A stretch of 64,000 nucleotides of DNA from Dehalococcoidia bacterium (GCA_030648205.1 JAUSIH010000046.1:67147-131146), one strand, 5' to 3'. Positions 37,575 through 48,315 are shown, counted from the first letter of the stretch. Numbers and translations: made by a program. The notes: generated from the letters alone by a model not told the origin.

Positions 37575-38663
37575 TCACACGCTGAACAGGATGTTCATCA
37601 CGTCCCCGTCCTGGGGCACGTAGGCCTTGCCCTCCAGCCGCAGCAACCCCTGTCGCTTGGCTTCGGTCAGGCCCCCGCACTTGAGCAGGGTGTCCGCAGA
37701 GATCACCTCCGCGCGGATGAAGCCTCGCTCAAGGTCCGAGTGGATTTTGCCCGCCGCCTTGGGAGCTGAGCTTCCCCGGCGGATTGTCCAGGCGCGCACC
37801 TCGTCCGGCCCCACGGTGAAGAACGAGATGTACCCCAGCAGCTCGTAGGAGAGGCGGATGGCGCGCTCCATGCCGGGCGCCTGGAGACGCATGCTCTCCC
37901 GGAACTCCGCCGCATCCGCGTCGCTCATCTGGGCCAACTCCATCTCCAGCTTGCCGCACATCAGCACGCAGGCCCGGCCCGGCCGGTTGTAGCGCGTGCG
38001 CAATTCCTTCTCCCACGCCTCGGCGCGCGCCAGGTCCTCCTCGCCGATGTTCATCACCAGCAGCAGGGGCTTGGACGTGAGGAACTGGTATGCGGTGAGC
38101 GCGCGCGCCTCGTCCTCCGTGAAGTTTTGCTCCCGCACCGGCACGTCCTTGCCGAGGGCGTCCTTTATGCGGTTCAGCAGCGCCAGCTCCCGCAACATCG
38201 CGTCCCGTTCCCCCGGCTTGGCCGGCTTGAGGCTGGCCTTCAGCCGTTCCAGCCGCTTCTCCAGAAGGGCCATGTCGGCGAAGGTCAGCTCCATGTCCAT
38301 CGTCCCGACGTCCCTGTGCATGTCCACCGAGCCTTCGAGGTGGGGCACGGTGGGATCGCCGAAGGCGCGGACGACGTGCATGATGGCGTCCACATTGGCG
38401 AGGTTGCGATAGAAGGCGCCCGTGATACCCTCGCTCTTGCCCAGGCCTTGAGGCGCCGCCGGCACTTCAGTGTACTTGACCTCCGCCGGGGTGAATTTCT
38501 TGGGGTTGAACAGGGTGGCCAGGGCGCTCAGGCGCGCGTCAGGGACCTTGGCCACGCCGACGTTGGACTGGCCTGATGCGTTGACGGCGGCGTGTCCGCG
38601 GGTCAGGGCGTTGAAAATGGTGGTCTTGCCACACTGGGGAAGTCCGATAAGTCCGATTTCCAT
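37575..38663 (-). CDS. ychF: Ribosome-binding ATPase YchF (Obg-family GTPase)
   Basis: MEIGLIGLPQCGKTTIFNALT G1 motif and a TGS C-terminal domain; 362 aa. Confidence 0.9.
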   Translation of the reverse strand: MEIGLIGLPQCGKTTIFNALTRGHAAVNASGQSNVGVAKVPDARLSALATLFNPKKFTPAEVKYTEVPAAPQGLGKSEGITGAFYRNLANVDAIMHVVRAFGDPTVPHLEGSVDMHRDVGTMDMELTFADMALLEKRLERLKASLKPAKPGERDAMLRELALLNRIKDALGKDVPVREQNFTEDEARALTAYQFLTSKPLLLVMNIGEEDLARAEAWEKELRTRYNRPGRACVLMCGKLEMELAQMSDADAAEFRESMRLQAPGMERAIRLSYELLGYISFFTVGPDEVRAWTIRRGSSAPKAAGKIHSDLERGFIRAEVISADTLLKCGGLTEAKRQGLLRLEGKAYVPQDGDVMNILFSV

Positions 38664-38773
38664 TTCCTCATCTTACCTGAAGATGGCCCTGGCTGCACGG
38701 TGCTGTGCTACAATGGCGCAGGCATTGATCTCGCCCTCTGAAACATAGCGCGGCCAAGCGGCGCAACCTTTGG

Positions 38774-39775
38774 GTGCATCAAGATATGCTCTACGTACTG
38801 CACGGCGAAGACGCGTACTCCCGGCGCCAGGCGCTGGAGGCCATCCGGACGGGACTCGGCCCGGCCGACGCTCTGATCACAAATACGACGGTGCTGGACG
38901 GCGCGAGCGTGTCCGTGTCGCAGATCAAGCAGGCGTGCGAGACTGTGCCGTTCCTGTCGTCACACCGCCTCGTGATTGTCGAGGGCCTGCTGGAGCGCTT
39001 CGAGGAGCGTAATACGGACAGGCGTCGCGGCCGGAAAGGCGGCGCATCGGCGGACTCCGCGGAGTGGGTGCCCTTCGCCGAGTACCTGCCGACCGTCCCG
39101 CCGACCACCGTGGCGGTGCTGGTGGACGGAGAGCTCAAGCGCAACCCCCTGCTTCGGGCGCTGTCCAAAGCGGCACAGGCGCAAGAGTTCCGTCCGCTGC
39201 GATTCGATGCCCTGCTGGGATGGATTGGGGAGCGCGTGGCGCACCAGGGTGGGACCATCGAGCCGCAGGCTGCCCGTCTGCTCGCCGAGCTTGTCGGCCC
39301 CGACCTGTGGCAGATTACTCAGGAGATTGACAAGCTGCTGACGTTCACGCGGGGTGACCCTGTCAGGGAAGCCGACGTGCAGGCGCTGGTGAGCAACGCC
39401 CGTGACGCGAACGTCTTCAGCCTTGTGGACGCGGTCATGGATCGGCGTTCCGCGCTGGCGCTGCGCCTGTTGGAGCATCTCCTGGGACAGGGGGAGAATC
39501 CGACCCGTCTGCTCGGCATGGTGGCCCGACAAGCGCGGCTGGTGCTTCTGGCGCAGGACCTTCAGGCGCGGAGCGTGCCCGCCGCCGACATGGGCCGTCG
39601 GCTGGGCATTCACAGCGAGTACCCATTACGCAAGACCCTGGAGCAGGCGCGCGCCGTGCCCCCGCGCCGCGCGATCGTGCTGCTCGAACGGCTGCTTGAG
39701 ACGGAGCTGGCCATGAAGACGGGGCGCCTTGACGAGGGCGCGGCGCTGCATATTCTTGTAGCGGAGTCGGCGTAG
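38774..39775 (+). CDS. holA: DNA polymerase III delta subunit (HolA-like)
   Basis: LYVLHGEDAYSRRQALEAI...LVIVEGLL pattern typical of delta-subunit N-termini. GTG start at 38774 or ATG at 38786. An extended -10 element (TGCTACAAT, 38706-38714) lies upstream. Confidence 0.7.
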   Translation: MHQDMLYVLHGEDAYSRRQALEAIRTGLGPADALITNTTVLDGASVSVSQIKQACETVPFLSSHRLVIVEGLLERFEERNTDRRRGRKGGASADSAEWVPFAEYLPTVPPTTVAVLVDGELKRNPLLRALSKAAQAQEFRPLRFDALLGWIGERVAHQGGTIEPQAARLLAELVGPDLWQITQEIDKLLTFTRGDPVREADVQALVSNARDANVFSLVDAVMDRRSALALRLLEHLLGQGENPTRLLGMVARQARLVLLAQDLQARSVPAADMGRRLGIHSEYPLRKTLEQARAVPPRRAIVLLERLLETELAMKTGRLDEGAALHILVAESA

Positions 39776-39800
39776 AAAAGGCGGTACAGCGGCGTAAGGG

Positions 39801-40787
39801 CTAGTCCCAGTCGTGCAGGACGGGGTTGTAGCACGCCGCCATGTGCCCTGGCTCCCGCTCTCTGAGGGGTGGGTGCGGGTTCAACCGGCACTCGTTGCGC
39901 GCCTTGTGACACCGGGGGATGAAGGCGCACTGGTCGGGCAGGTCCACAAGGCTGGGCGGCATCCCTGGCAGCGCGGTCAGGTGGCGGCCCGGCCTGTCCA
40001 GACGGGTCACCGCCTGGAGCAGCCCCGACGTGTAGGGATGAGCGGGCTTGTGGAAGATGCTCACCGTGTCCGCCTGCTCCACGATGTGCCCCGCGTACAT
40101 CACTGCCACCTCGTCCGCCATGCGGGCGATGACCCCCAGGTCGTGCGAGATGATGATGATGGACGAGTCGCGCTCCGCCTTCAGGCGGCGTAGCTGCGCC
40201 AATATGTCCGCCTGGAGGGTCACGTCCAGGTTGGTGGTCGCCTCGTCGGCGATGAGCACCTGAGGCTCCAGCACGAGGGCGATGGCCAGCATGATGCGCT
40301 GGCACATGCCGCCGCTGAGCTGGAACGGGTACTGATTGACGACCCGCTCAGGGTCGGCCATTCCGACGCGCTGCAGCACCTCCATGGTGAGCTTCCGGGC
40401 TTCCCGCCGGGAGACGCGGACGTGGCTGGTCACCATTTCCTCTACCTGCGCTCCCACGGGCAGGACGGGGTTCAGCCCGCTGACGGCGTCCTGAAAGACC
40501 ATGGCGATCTCCTTGCCTCGGAGCCGCCGCATCTCCTCCTTGCCCATCTTAAGCAGGTCGTGGCCGTTGAAGAATATCTGGCCCTGCGTCACGTGGCCCG
40601 GAAAGGGACGGTGAGATAGGATGGAGTGGGCGGTCATGGTCTTGCCGCAGCCGCTATCGCCCACGTTGCCTAGGATGGTCCCCCGCTTGAGCGTGAGGTT
40701 TACCCCGTTGACCGCCTTCACCACGCCCTCACGCGTGGGAAACTCGGTGTAGAGGTTGCGGACGTCCAGGACTGGTTCCACTGTCAT
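39801..40787 (-). CDS. Oligopeptide/dipeptide ABC transporter ATP-binding protein (OppD/DppD-like), not adjacent to any permease gene set
   Basis: Variant Walker A GDSGCGKT, LSGGMCQRIMLAIAL signature, and an oligopeptide-transporter C-terminal domain with Cys cluster CAFIPRCHKARNEC. Confidence 0.85.
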   Translation of the reverse strand: MTVEPVLDVRNLYTEFPTREGVVKAVNGVNLTLKRGTILGNVGDSGCGKTMTAHSILSHRPFPGHVTQGQIFFNGHDLLKMGKEEMRRLRGKEIAMVFQDAVSGLNPVLPVGAQVEEMVTSHVRVSRREARKLTMEVLQRVGMADPERVVNQYPFQLSGGMCQRIMLAIALVLEPQVLIADEATTNLDVTLQADILAQLRRLKAERDSSIIIISHDLGVIARMADEVAVMYAGHIVEQADTVSIFHKPAHPYTSGLLQAVTRLDRPGRHLTALPGMPPSLVDLPDQCAFIPRCHKARNECRLNPHPPLREREPGHMAACYNPVLHDWD

Positions 40788-40837
40788 GGCTGTATCTGCG
40801 GATGCTCTAGAACCCGTTCCAAAATTCGGCTTCAGGG

Positions 40838-40885
40838 TTCGACAAGCTCACCATGAACGGAAGAACCACCGCTGAGCTTGTCGAA
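40838..40885. promoter_or_regulatory. 13-bp perfect inverted repeat (TTCGACAAGCTCA...TGAGCTTGTCGAA) with a 22-nt loop between the PHP gene and the ATPase gene
   Basis: Located in the 142-bp gap between two co-directional minus-strand genes. Terminator or regulatory hairpin candidate. Confidence 0.3.
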
Positions 40886-40929
40886 GGGTGAACAGGCATT
40901 TTGAAAGGACTTCTAGCGCTCTTTTTGCA

Positions 40930-41586
40930 TTATACAGCGCCCCGCGCGTGCAGGTGGACGGGCCGGAAGCGTCCGCTCTTGAGGCAGTCGGTCAGGTCTC
41001 GCAGGCTCTCAATGCGCTGGTCGAAGTGCGTGGCGCACACCCCGATGTCTTCCGGGTCGTGCGCGTCGCTGCAACCCACGGCGGGCAGCTTCAGCTTGTG
41101 GATGACCTCCTGAGAGAAGGCGTTCTCCCGCGCGGAGCCGCGCCCGTTGTACGCCTCCGCGGCGTCCGCAATCTGGAACACAGGCTCGGCGCAGGCCCGG
41201 GCGACGCACGCGTCATGGTAGGCGGGGTCTGCGCGGGCGCTTTCTTCCAGGAAGCGACGCCGGTAGGGGTGGGCGGCGACCATTGCGCCGCCCGCCTCGT
41301 CCACCATTCGCTTGACGAAGGTGGCACGGTGCATCCCGAACACGTACCTCTCCAGGCCAAAGACAAGCAGGTGGCCTTCTTCCGTGGTGATTTCCACGCC
41401 GGGGAGGACCAGGAATCCCTCCTCCTGGCTCAGCCGGGCGATGTCGTCAGGGGGCCAGAACCAGTCGTGCTCCGTGATGCAGATGCCGTCCAGTCCCGCC
41501 TGCCGGGCGCGGCGCACCAGCTCCTGCGGGCGCAGGAAGCTGTCCCACGACAGGGGATTGGTGTGGGTGTGCAGGTCAATCAGCAT
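40930..41586 (-). CDS. PHP-domain metal-dependent phosphoesterase
   Basis: MLIDLHTHT...ICITEHD...AHP motifs characteristic of the PHP family; 218 aa. Confidence 0.8.
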   Translation of the reverse strand: MLIDLHTHTNPLSWDSFLRPQELVRRARQAGLDGICITEHDWFWPPDDIARLSQEEGFLVLPGVEITTEEGHLLVFGLERYVFGMHRATFVKRMVDEAGGAMVAAHPYRRRFLEESARADPAYHDACVARACAEPVFQIADAAEAYNGRGSARENAFSQEVIHKLKLPAVGCSDAHDPEDIGVCATHFDQRIESLRDLTDCLKSGRFRPVHLHARGAV

Positions 41587-41618
41587 GCGCGGCGCACGAC
41601 TCGGAGCTTCGCGGACTC

Positions 41619-42983
41619 CTAGGGGTATGTGAAGCGCAGGGCACTGGTTTTCTCCGTGGATGTGATGGTCGCGAGGAACTCCGCGCCCTGCTGCTGAATG
41701 GTGAAGCCGTCCGCGAGCGAGAAGCTGATGTCTATGGCGCGGCTCACCATCTGGCGTGCTCCAATCGTGCCGACGGCGATGGTCTCGGAGTCCTTGCCGT
41801 TGACCGCTATGCGCTTGCCCCGCGAGGATACTTCCAGCTTGACGCTCACGTTGTGCGCGTCTGAATCGCCGGTGTTGGTCATCTCGGCGGTCATGCGACG
41901 GCTTGTCAGGCCCGTCTCCTCCACCTTGGCGATGCGGAGCTGAAAGTCCACTGGCCGGGCTGCCGAGACTGGCGTGGTGGTTGGCACGGATGGTGGAATA
42001 GCTGGCGTGGCGGTCGGCGCGGACGGAGGGAGCGTCGGCGTAGCGCCTACGGGCGGACCTTCGAGCGGGACCGCGATGGTCACGGGTGAAGGGGAATAGT
42101 AGTCACGGAGCGTCCACGTGCGCGCCTTGGGGCTATCAGCGGGGAATGTGTCCAGCCGCGTCTGCCCGCGCATGATGTCTATCATGGTCACGCGCGACGT
42201 CGTCTCGCCGCTCAACCCCTCCAGTTTGTAGCTATAGCTGTACATGCCGAGGACGGCGGGAACGAAGGCCACGTCCAGCACGACGGCGACCGTGGCCGAC
42301 TGGCCCGCTGGCACGTCCAGACGCGCATTGCCGCTGACGCGGTCGTCGCCGCGGGCGGCGGTCGCCGTGACCGACCCTTCCACCCGGCCGTTTGTTTTGT
42401 TGGAAAGCTCCAGTCGCCAGTCCTCCGTGTAGTTGATCAAACCGCGTGGGCTGAAGAACTCCCAGTGGGCATTTCTGCCCTTGTCCGCTACCCCCATGAC
42501 GCTGGTGTCGGCGAGCGGCGTTATAGCCCCGCTTTCCTGGGCGCGCTGGACGGCGCGGATGTCCGGGGACTCCACCGCGCCGCTGATGGGCAGGTCGGCG
42601 CGGGGCGTCTGCGGGTCGTTGCTCTCCACGGTGAGGATGCCGGACAGGGATGCGGCGGCGCTCGTGTCCACGGTGAAGGGGAGCGTGACGCGGTTGCCGG
42701 GGCCGATGGTCAGCGGCAGGCTGGCTGTCACGCGCAGGGCGGGCAGAGACGAGGGGAGCGAGCGTATCACGAGATTGGCGTTTCCTCCATTGCCTATCTC
42801 CAGCGAGCCGTTCACGACGGCCAGTTGGGGAACGGCGCCCAGCGCCAGTCCGCTCCTGGGGACGAGAAGACGCGGCGCGGCGGCCTGGGCCGGCGGCGCG
42901 GCGTCCACGAGCGCGGGACGGAAGCCGCCGACAATCAGAGCAAGTGTCAGCATGGCGGCGAGGGTCAACGCCTGGCGTTTCAT
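41619..42983 (-). CDS. Secreted hypothetical protein with a signal peptide and a Pro/Thr-rich segment
   Basis: MKRQALTLAAMLTLALIVGG signal peptide; PTLPPSAPTATPAIPPSVPTTTP linker; 454 aa; no assigned family. Confidence 0.55.
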   Translation of the reverse strand: MKRQALTLAAMLTLALIVGGFRPALVDAAPPAQAAAPRLLVPRSGLALGAVPQLAVVNGSLEIGNGGNANLVIRSLPSSLPALRVTASLPLTIGPGNRVTLPFTVDTSAAASLSGILTVESNDPQTPRADLPISGAVESPDIRAVQRAQESGAITPLADTSVMGVADKGRNAHWEFFSPRGLINYTEDWRLELSNKTNGRVEGSVTATAARGDDRVSGNARLDVPAGQSATVAVVLDVAFVPAVLGMYSYSYKLEGLSGETTSRVTMIDIMRGQTRLDTFPADSPKARTWTLRDYYSPSPVTIAVPLEGPPVGATPTLPPSAPTATPAIPPSVPTTTPVSAARPVDFQLRIAKVEETGLTSRRMTAEMTNTGDSDAHNVSVKLEVSSRGKRIAVNGKDSETIAVGTIGARQMVSRAIDISFSLADGFTIQQQGAEFLATITSTEKTSALRFTYP

Positions 42984-43133
42984 GGTCTGCTCCTATACTC
43001 ACTGTTCATCGGCGCTTGCCGGCTAAAACGCATCGTATTCCGTTGGGAGATGATTTAGTGTGTCATCTTGACGCGGTACCGTCAATAGCGCATCATCGTA
43101 TGGACTAAGGATTGTGTTCCTTTTCACGTGTTG

Positions 43134-43162
43134 TTGCATTTTGCGGGGCCCCATGATATATT
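43134..43162 (+). promoter_or_regulatory. Promoter candidate for the nuo operon (TTGCAT-17-TATATT)
   Basis: Lies in the lower-GC divergent intergenic region, 30 nt upstream of the nuoA TTG start, with an AAGGAGGA RBS. Confidence 0.35.
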
Positions 43163-43191
43163 GGGTGCCCATCAGCTAAGGAGGACATAGC

Positions 43192-43563
43192 TTGCTCGCC
43201 CAGTACGGATACGTAGGTATCTTTCTGGTCATAGCCGTCCTCATCCCCACCTTCATGCTCCTTCTCTCATGGCTCATGTCGTTCGTCGGGGTCCGTCCGC
43301 AGAAGCCGTCCGTGGTCAAGAGTGAGACGTACGAGTGCGGCATGGAGACCATCGGCGGGTCATGGGTCCAGTTCAACTTTCGGTACTACTATTTCGCTCT
43401 GCTCTTCGTGATATTCGACGTCGAGACGGTCTTCCTGTACCCCTGGGCCGTGCATTTCAAGCAGCTCGCTCTGTTCGGGTTGGTGGAGATGGCCGTCTTT
43501 ATGGCAATCCTGTTGGTGGGATATCTTTACGCCTGGAAGAAGCGGGCGCTGGAGTGGAGGTAG
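43192..43563 (+). CDS. nuoA: NADH-quinone oxidoreductase subunit A
   Basis: TTG start after AAGGAGGA; conserved FRYYYFALLFVIFDVE motif. Confidence 0.9.
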   Translation: MLAQYGYVGIFLVIAVLIPTFMLLLSWLMSFVGVRPQKPSVVKSETYECGMETIGGSWVQFNFRYYYFALLFVIFDVETVFLYPWAVHFKQLALFGLVEMAVFMAILLVGYLYAWKKRALEWR

Positions 43564-43566
43564 GCA

Positions 43567-44175
43567 GTGCAGGACATAACGACTGAGGGGGGCCTGCCGC
43601 TCTATCTGACGACCCGTCACCTCGATACCGCCGAGGGCGCGGAGATCGAGAAGCTGCGGCTGACCATGCGGGAACCGCAGCCGGTCGAGGATATCCAGGT
43701 CCCCGCGGACCTGAAGCGAAACGTGCTCGTCACATCGGTGGACGCGCTGGTCAACTGGGGCCGACAGGGCGCCGTGTGGCCCGTCACCTTCGGGTTGGCC
43801 TGCTGCGCCTTTGAGATGATTGGCAGCGCCATGTCGCGCTTCGATATCGCGCGCTTCGGCATGGAGGCGTTCCGGGCGTCGCCGCGCCAGGCCGACCTCA
43901 TGATTGTGGCGGGGACAGTCACCTGGAAGATGGCTCCGCCCATCCGCCGCCTGTACGAGCAGATGGCCGAACCCAAGTGGGTCATCTCCATGGGCGTATG
44001 CGCCACCGCGGGCGGCCCGTACTTCGACTCCTACAGCGTTGTCCCCGGCGTGAACCGGATCGTCCCGGTGGACGTCTATGTCCCCGGCTGTCCGCCCCGT
44101 CCGGACGCGCTGCTGTACGGCATCATGATGCTGCACGACAAGATAAAGCGGTACTCCATAGCTCGGAAGGGCTAG
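43567..44175 (+). CDS. nuoB: NADH-quinone oxidoreductase subunit B
   Basis: GLACCAFEM...CPPRP Fe-S cluster N2 motifs; GTG start. Confidence 0.9.
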   Translation: MQDITTEGGLPLYLTTRHLDTAEGAEIEKLRLTMREPQPVEDIQVPADLKRNVLVTSVDALVNWGRQGAVWPVTFGLACCAFEMIGSAMSRFDIARFGMEAFRASPRQADLMIVAGTVTWKMAPPIRRLYEQMAEPKWVISMGVCATAGGPYFDSYSVVPGVNRIVPVDVYVPGCPPRPDALLYGIMMLHDKIKRYSIARKG

Positions 44176-44189
44176 GAGAGCAGGCGGGA

Positions 44190-44669
44190 ATGACTCGTCA
44201 GTGGCAGGGCGCGGAGCTGGCGCGGGCCATCAGTGGCAAGCTCGCAGAGGCTGTTGTCGAGGCCAAGGACAACGCCGTGTGGGTCAAGCCCACCGGGCTG
44301 CTGGACGTGGCGAGGCTGCTGCGCGAGGGGCCGGGGCTGGAGTTCGACTTCCTGTCCTCCGTGACGGGCGTGGACTACATTGACTTCTTCGAGGTGGTGT
44401 ACCACCTGGCCTCCATCACGCTTAACCATAGCTGTATTGTCAAGGTGCGCGTCCTTGGCCGGGACGAGCCTGTCATGCCTTCCGTCTTCTCCGTGTGGCA
44501 GGGCGCCGACCTGCAGGAGCGGGAGGTCTATGACCTGGTCGGCATTCGCTTTGAGGGACATCCCAACATGAAGCGCATCATGTTGTGGGAGGGGTTCCCC
44601 GGCCACCCGCTGCGCAAGGACTTCGTCCTGGAGCGGGAAAAGGTCGAATACCCCTATCTGAGAGGATAG
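44190..44669 (+). CDS. nuoC: NADH-quinone oxidoreductase subunit C (30 kDa)
   Basis: 159 aa from ATG 44190; the upstream extension in the ORF track overlaps nuoB and is discarded. Confidence 0.85.
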   Translation: MTRQWQGAELARAISGKLAEAVVEAKDNAVWVKPTGLLDVARLLREGPGLEFDFLSSVTGVDYIDFFEVVYHLASITLNHSCIVKVRVLGRDEPVMPSVFSVWQGADLQEREVYDLVGIRFEGHPNMKRIMLWEGFPGHPLRKDFVLEREKVEYPYLRG

Positions 44670-44679
44670 TGACGACGCT

Positions 44680-45786
44680 GTGCCGCTGAAAAGCCAGCCC
44701 ATTATCGTTAATATCGGGCCGCAGCACCCCAGCACGCACGGGGTGTTCCGCCTGCGCGTCTCCTTCGATGGCGAGACGGTGCAGGACGTGGAGCCTGTCT
44801 TCGGCTACCTGCACCGCGGCTCGGAGAAGCTGGCCGAGGAGCGCACCTACACGCAGATCGTGACCCTGACGGACCGCCTGGACTACGTGGCCTCCATGAC
44901 CAGCAACCAGGCGTACGTCTTGGCGGTGGAGAAGCTGGCGGGCATCGAGCCGCCGGAGCGCGCCAGGTACGTCCGTGTGCTCATGGCGGAGCTGATGCGT
45001 ATCGCCAGCCACCTGATGGCGACGGGCTTCTTCGTCAACGACATCGGCGCCTTCGCGACGCCTCTCATGTACTGCTTCCGCGAGCGCGAGAAGATTCTGG
45101 ACATGTTCGAAATGTGCTGCGGCGCGCGCATCACCTACAACTACATGCGCGTGGGCGGCGTCAGCCATGACCTGCCAGAGGAGTTTTACCCCGCGCTCAG
45201 GAGCTTCATGGCGGAGATGCCCGCCCGCATTGATGAGTACGAGGAGCTGCTGACCGAAAACGAGATACTGGTGGCGCGCACGAAGAACGTGGGCGTCCTC
45301 TCGCCGCAGAAGGCCATCAACTGTTCCATCAGCGGCCCCGTGCTGCGGGCCAGCGGGGTGAAGTGGGACCTGCGCAAGGCCGATGCCTATGAGGTGTACG
45401 ACCGGATGCAGTTTGACATCCCCGTGGGCTCCGCGGGCGACTGCTACGACCGGTACAAGGTGCGTATGGAGGAGATGCGTCAGAGCCTGCGCATTGTGCA
45501 GCAGTGCCTGGAGCAGATGCCGCCCGGCCCCGTCCTGGCGCGGGCGCCGAGCTTGGTGCGCGCTCCCGCGGGCGCGGAAGCCTACGGACACATCGAGTCG
45601 CCCAAGGGCGAGCTGGGCTTCTACCTGGTCAGCGACGGCGGCATCTCCCCCTACCGGTGCAAGATACGCTCGCCGTCATTCATCAACCTGACGGCCCTGC
45701 GGGACATGCTCCTGGGGTGGAAGCTGGCCGACCTCATCGTCATTCTTGGCAGCATTGACATCAACATGGGCGAGGTGGACCGCTAG
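44680..45786 (+). CDS. nuoD: NADH-quinone oxidoreductase subunit D (49 kDa)
   Basis: [15 protein letters not shown] and the C-terminal RxPSF region; GTG start. Confidence 0.9.
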   Translation: MPLKSQPIIVNIGPQHPSTHGVFRLRVSFDGETVQDVEPVFGYLHRGSEKLAEERTYTQIVTLTDRLDYVASMTSNQAYVLAVEKLAGIEPPERARYVRVLMAELMRIASHLMATGFFVNDIGAFATPLMYCFREREKILDMFEMCCGARITYNYMRVGGVSHDLPEEFYPALRSFMAEMPARIDEYEELLTENEILVARTKNVGVLSPQKAINCSISGPVLRASGVKWDLRKADAYEVYDRMQFDIPVGSAGDCYDRYKVRMEEMRQSLRIVQQCLEQMPPGPVLARAPSLVRAPAGAEAYGHIESPKGELGFYLVSDGGISPYRCKIRSPSFINLTALRDMLLGWKLADLIVILGSIDINMGEVDR

Positions 45787-46974
45787 ATGGACGTCATCTA
45801 CAACATCTTCGCCATACTGGAAAAGGCCATTGTGGACGGCCTCACGCCGGGGCTTGGCGCTGAGGCGGCCCTGGCCGTCATGGCGTTCATCAAGATAGTC
45901 CTGGTCGCCAACGTCGGCCTGATCATGGTCATGGTCTTCATCTACATGGAGCGCAGGGTGCTCGGCCGGTTCCAGGTGCGCCTTGGCCCCAACCGCGTCG
46001 GCCCGGAAGGCATCCTCCAGCCGCTGGCGGACGCCGTGAAGATCATGATCAAGGAAGATATCATCCCAAAGGCGGCGGACCGGCTTATATTCAACATGGC
46101 GCCCATCATGGCCTTCGTGCCCATCATGCTCGTGTTCGCCGTCATCCCCTTCGGCGTCGGCGTGGCCGGCGGGCAGACGTACTACATGACGGTGGCCAAC
46201 CTGGATATCGGCATCCTGTACGTGCTAGCCGTCACGTCCCTTGGGGAGATCGCCGTTTTCATGGCGGGCTGGTCTTCCAACAACAAGTTCGCCCTGTTCG
46301 GGGCCATGCGCGCGGCTGCTCAACTGGTGAGCTACGAGATACCGCTGGTGCTCGCCGTGGTGGGTGTGGTCATCGTGACCGGCTCGCTTTCGCTGGTGAA
46401 GATTGTGGAGGCGCAGGCGGTGCCGTTCATCTTCATGCAGCCGCTGGGCTTCGTCATCTTCATCACCGCCGTCTCGGCGGAGCTGAACCGGACGCCGTTT
46501 GACCTGCTTGAGGCTGAGTCCGAGCTGGTCACCGGCTACCACATCGAATACAGCGGCATGAAGTTCGGCATGTTCTACCTGGCGGAATACCTGGCCGCCT
46601 TCGCCTTCTCCGCGGTCATCAGCACCCTTTTCCTGGGCGGCTGGATGGGGCCAGTCCTCCCCAGCTACGTCTGGCTTCTGCTCAAGGCACTGTTCGTCTT
46701 CTTCCTCTTTGTCTGGGTGCGGGCCACTCTCCCGCGCGTACGCATTGACCAGGTGATGGCGCTGGCGTGGAAGTTCCTGCTGCCTCTGGCGCTGATAAAC
46801 ATCGGAATCACCGCCGTGGAGGCGCTGCTCTGGCCGACGTTCCCGTGGTTCCTTGCCCCCGTGAACATCGGCATCGGGGGGCTGGTCACGTGGGCGCTGG
46901 CGGCGGCCTTCCGCAAAGTCTGGGAGCCTCGGTGGAAGCCGGGCCAGTTCGCGCCGACGCCGGTGGGAGGCTAG
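45787..46974 (+). CDS. nuoH: NADH-quinone oxidoreductase subunit H
   Basis: Polytopic membrane protein with a RVLGRFQVRLGPNRVGPEGILQP motif. Confidence 0.9.
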   Translation: MDVIYNIFAILEKAIVDGLTPGLGAEAALAVMAFIKIVLVANVGLIMVMVFIYMERRVLGRFQVRLGPNRVGPEGILQPLADAVKIMIKEDIIPKAADRLIFNMAPIMAFVPIMLVFAVIPFGVGVAGGQTYYMTVANLDIGILYVLAVTSLGEIAVFMAGWSSNNKFALFGAMRAAAQLVSYEIPLVLAVVGVVIVTGSLSLVKIVEAQAVPFIFMQPLGFVIFITAVSAELNRTPFDLLEAESELVTGYHIEYSGMKFGMFYLAEYLAAFAFSAVISTLFLGGWMGPVLPSYVWLLLKALFVFFLFVWVRATLPRVRIDQVMALAWKFLLPLALINIGITAVEALLWPTFPWFLAPVNIGIGGLVTWALAAAFRKVWEPRWKPGQFAPTPVGG

Positions 46975-46975
46975 C

Positions 46976-47470
46976 ATGTACGGACTGGGCATTCTGAAGG
47001 GCATGGCGGTCACCTTTCGCCACCTGTTCAAGAAGCCGATCACCGTGGAGTACCCGGAGGAGCAGGTCCCCCGCGCGGCGCGCTTCCGCGGTTACGAATT
47101 TGTCTGGTACGAGGAGCGCTGCACCGGCTGCGCGTCCTGCGCCAAGTTCTGTCCCCTGGGCATCATCCGCATCGAGACAAGCCCGGAGCAGGACCCCGGC
47201 GTGGGAGGCAAGTACAAGCTGGAGAAGTTCGATATTGACACAGGGCGCTGCATGTTCTGCGCCCTGTGCGTGGAGGCGTGTCCCTATGATGCGCTCTTCA
47301 TGGGCAGCACGTTCGAGCGCGGCAGCTACAGCCGCGCGGGGCTTGTGGTGCACAAGGAGGACCTGAACAACGGGGTCAAAAAGCCCAGCGTGTACTATCG
47401 CCCACACCTGGAGGCGGCGGGCTACCACAGCGAAAAGGAGCTTTCCGCCAAAGAGGTGGGCCGATGGTAG
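46976..47470 (+). CDS. nuoI: NADH-quinone oxidoreductase subunit I (2x[4Fe-4S])
   Basis: CTGCASCAKFCP and CMFCALCVEACP motifs. Confidence 0.9.
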   Translation: MYGLGILKGMAVTFRHLFKKPITVEYPEEQVPRAARFRGYEFVWYEERCTGCASCAKFCPLGIIRIETSPEQDPGVGGKYKLEKFDIDTGRCMFCALCVEACPYDALFMGSTFERGSYSRAGLVVHKEDLNNGVKKPSVYYRPHLEAAGYHSEKELSAKEVGRW

Positions 47471-47943
47471 CCACCCTGGCCTTCTGGCTCCTGGGTGCCA
47501 TCACCGTCATGGGCGCGCTGGCCGTCCTCTTCTTCCGCGACCTTTTCCGCGCGGCCATCGGCCTGATCTTCTCCTTTATCGGCGTGGCCGGCCTGTACAT
47601 CCTGCTGAGCGCGGACTTTCTGGCCGCGGCCCAGGTGCTCATCTACGTTGGCGCAATTGCCGTTCTACTTATCTTCGGCATCATGCTCACCCGCGAGAGC
47701 CACCGGGGAAATCCCAGCAATCGCATGGCGATTCCGGGGCTAATCGCCACGGCGGCGCTCTTCGCGGCGATGGCGTTCGTGGTCACGTCCACGCGATGGA
47801 ACATCTCGGCGCAGCCGCCGCAGGAGCCGACCACCGACGCCTTGGCCGCGGCGCTGTTCACCACCTACGTCCTGCCCTTTGAGCTGGCGTCCGTCCTGCT
47901 GCTGGTGGCCATCATTGGCGCGATAGTGCTGGTGAAGGAATAG
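47464..47943 (+). CDS. nuoJ: NADH-quinone oxidoreductase subunit J
   Basis: 159-aa hydrophobic protein overlapping nuoI by 7 nt. Confidence 0.85.
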   Translation: MVATLAFWLLGAITVMGALAVLFFRDLFRAAIGLIFSFIGVAGLYILLSADFLAAAQVLIYVGAIAVLLIFGIMLTRESHRGNPSNRMAIPGLIATAALFAAMAFVVTSTRWNISAQPPQEPTTDALAAALFTTYVLPFELASVLLLVAIIGAIVLVKE

Positions 47944-47961
47944 CGAGCGAGATACAGCGAT

Positions 47962-48273
47962 ATGCAAATTGGACTTGAGCACTTCCTTGTCCTGTCGGCG
48001 GGCCTCTTTTGCCTGGGCTTGTGGGGCGCGCTGACCAAGCGGAACGTCATTGCAATCCTGATGTGCGTGGAGATCATGTTCAACGCGGTGAACATCGCGA
48101 TGGTGGCGTTCTCCCGCTACATAGTGCCCACGCTCCTGACGGGCCAGGTGTTCGCCATCTTCATCATCACCGTGGCCGCGGCCGAGGTGGCCCTGGGCCT
48201 GGGCATCCTGCTGGCCCTGTACCGGAACCGGGAGACGGTGGACACGGCGCACATTGACCTCATGAAGGGCTAG
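47962..48273 (+). CDS. nuoK: NADH-quinone oxidoreductase subunit K
   Basis: 103 aa; LEHFLVLSAGLFCLGLWG. Confidence 0.9.
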   Translation: MQIGLEHFLVLSAGLFCLGLWGALTKRNVIAILMCVEIMFNAVNIAMVAFSRYIVPTLLTGQVFAIFIITVAAAEVALGLGILLALYRNRETVDTAHIDLMKG

Positions 48274-48315
48274 CCTCCAGGCCCCGTTAGCGACGCGTAA
48301 GGGAAGAGCACGACG

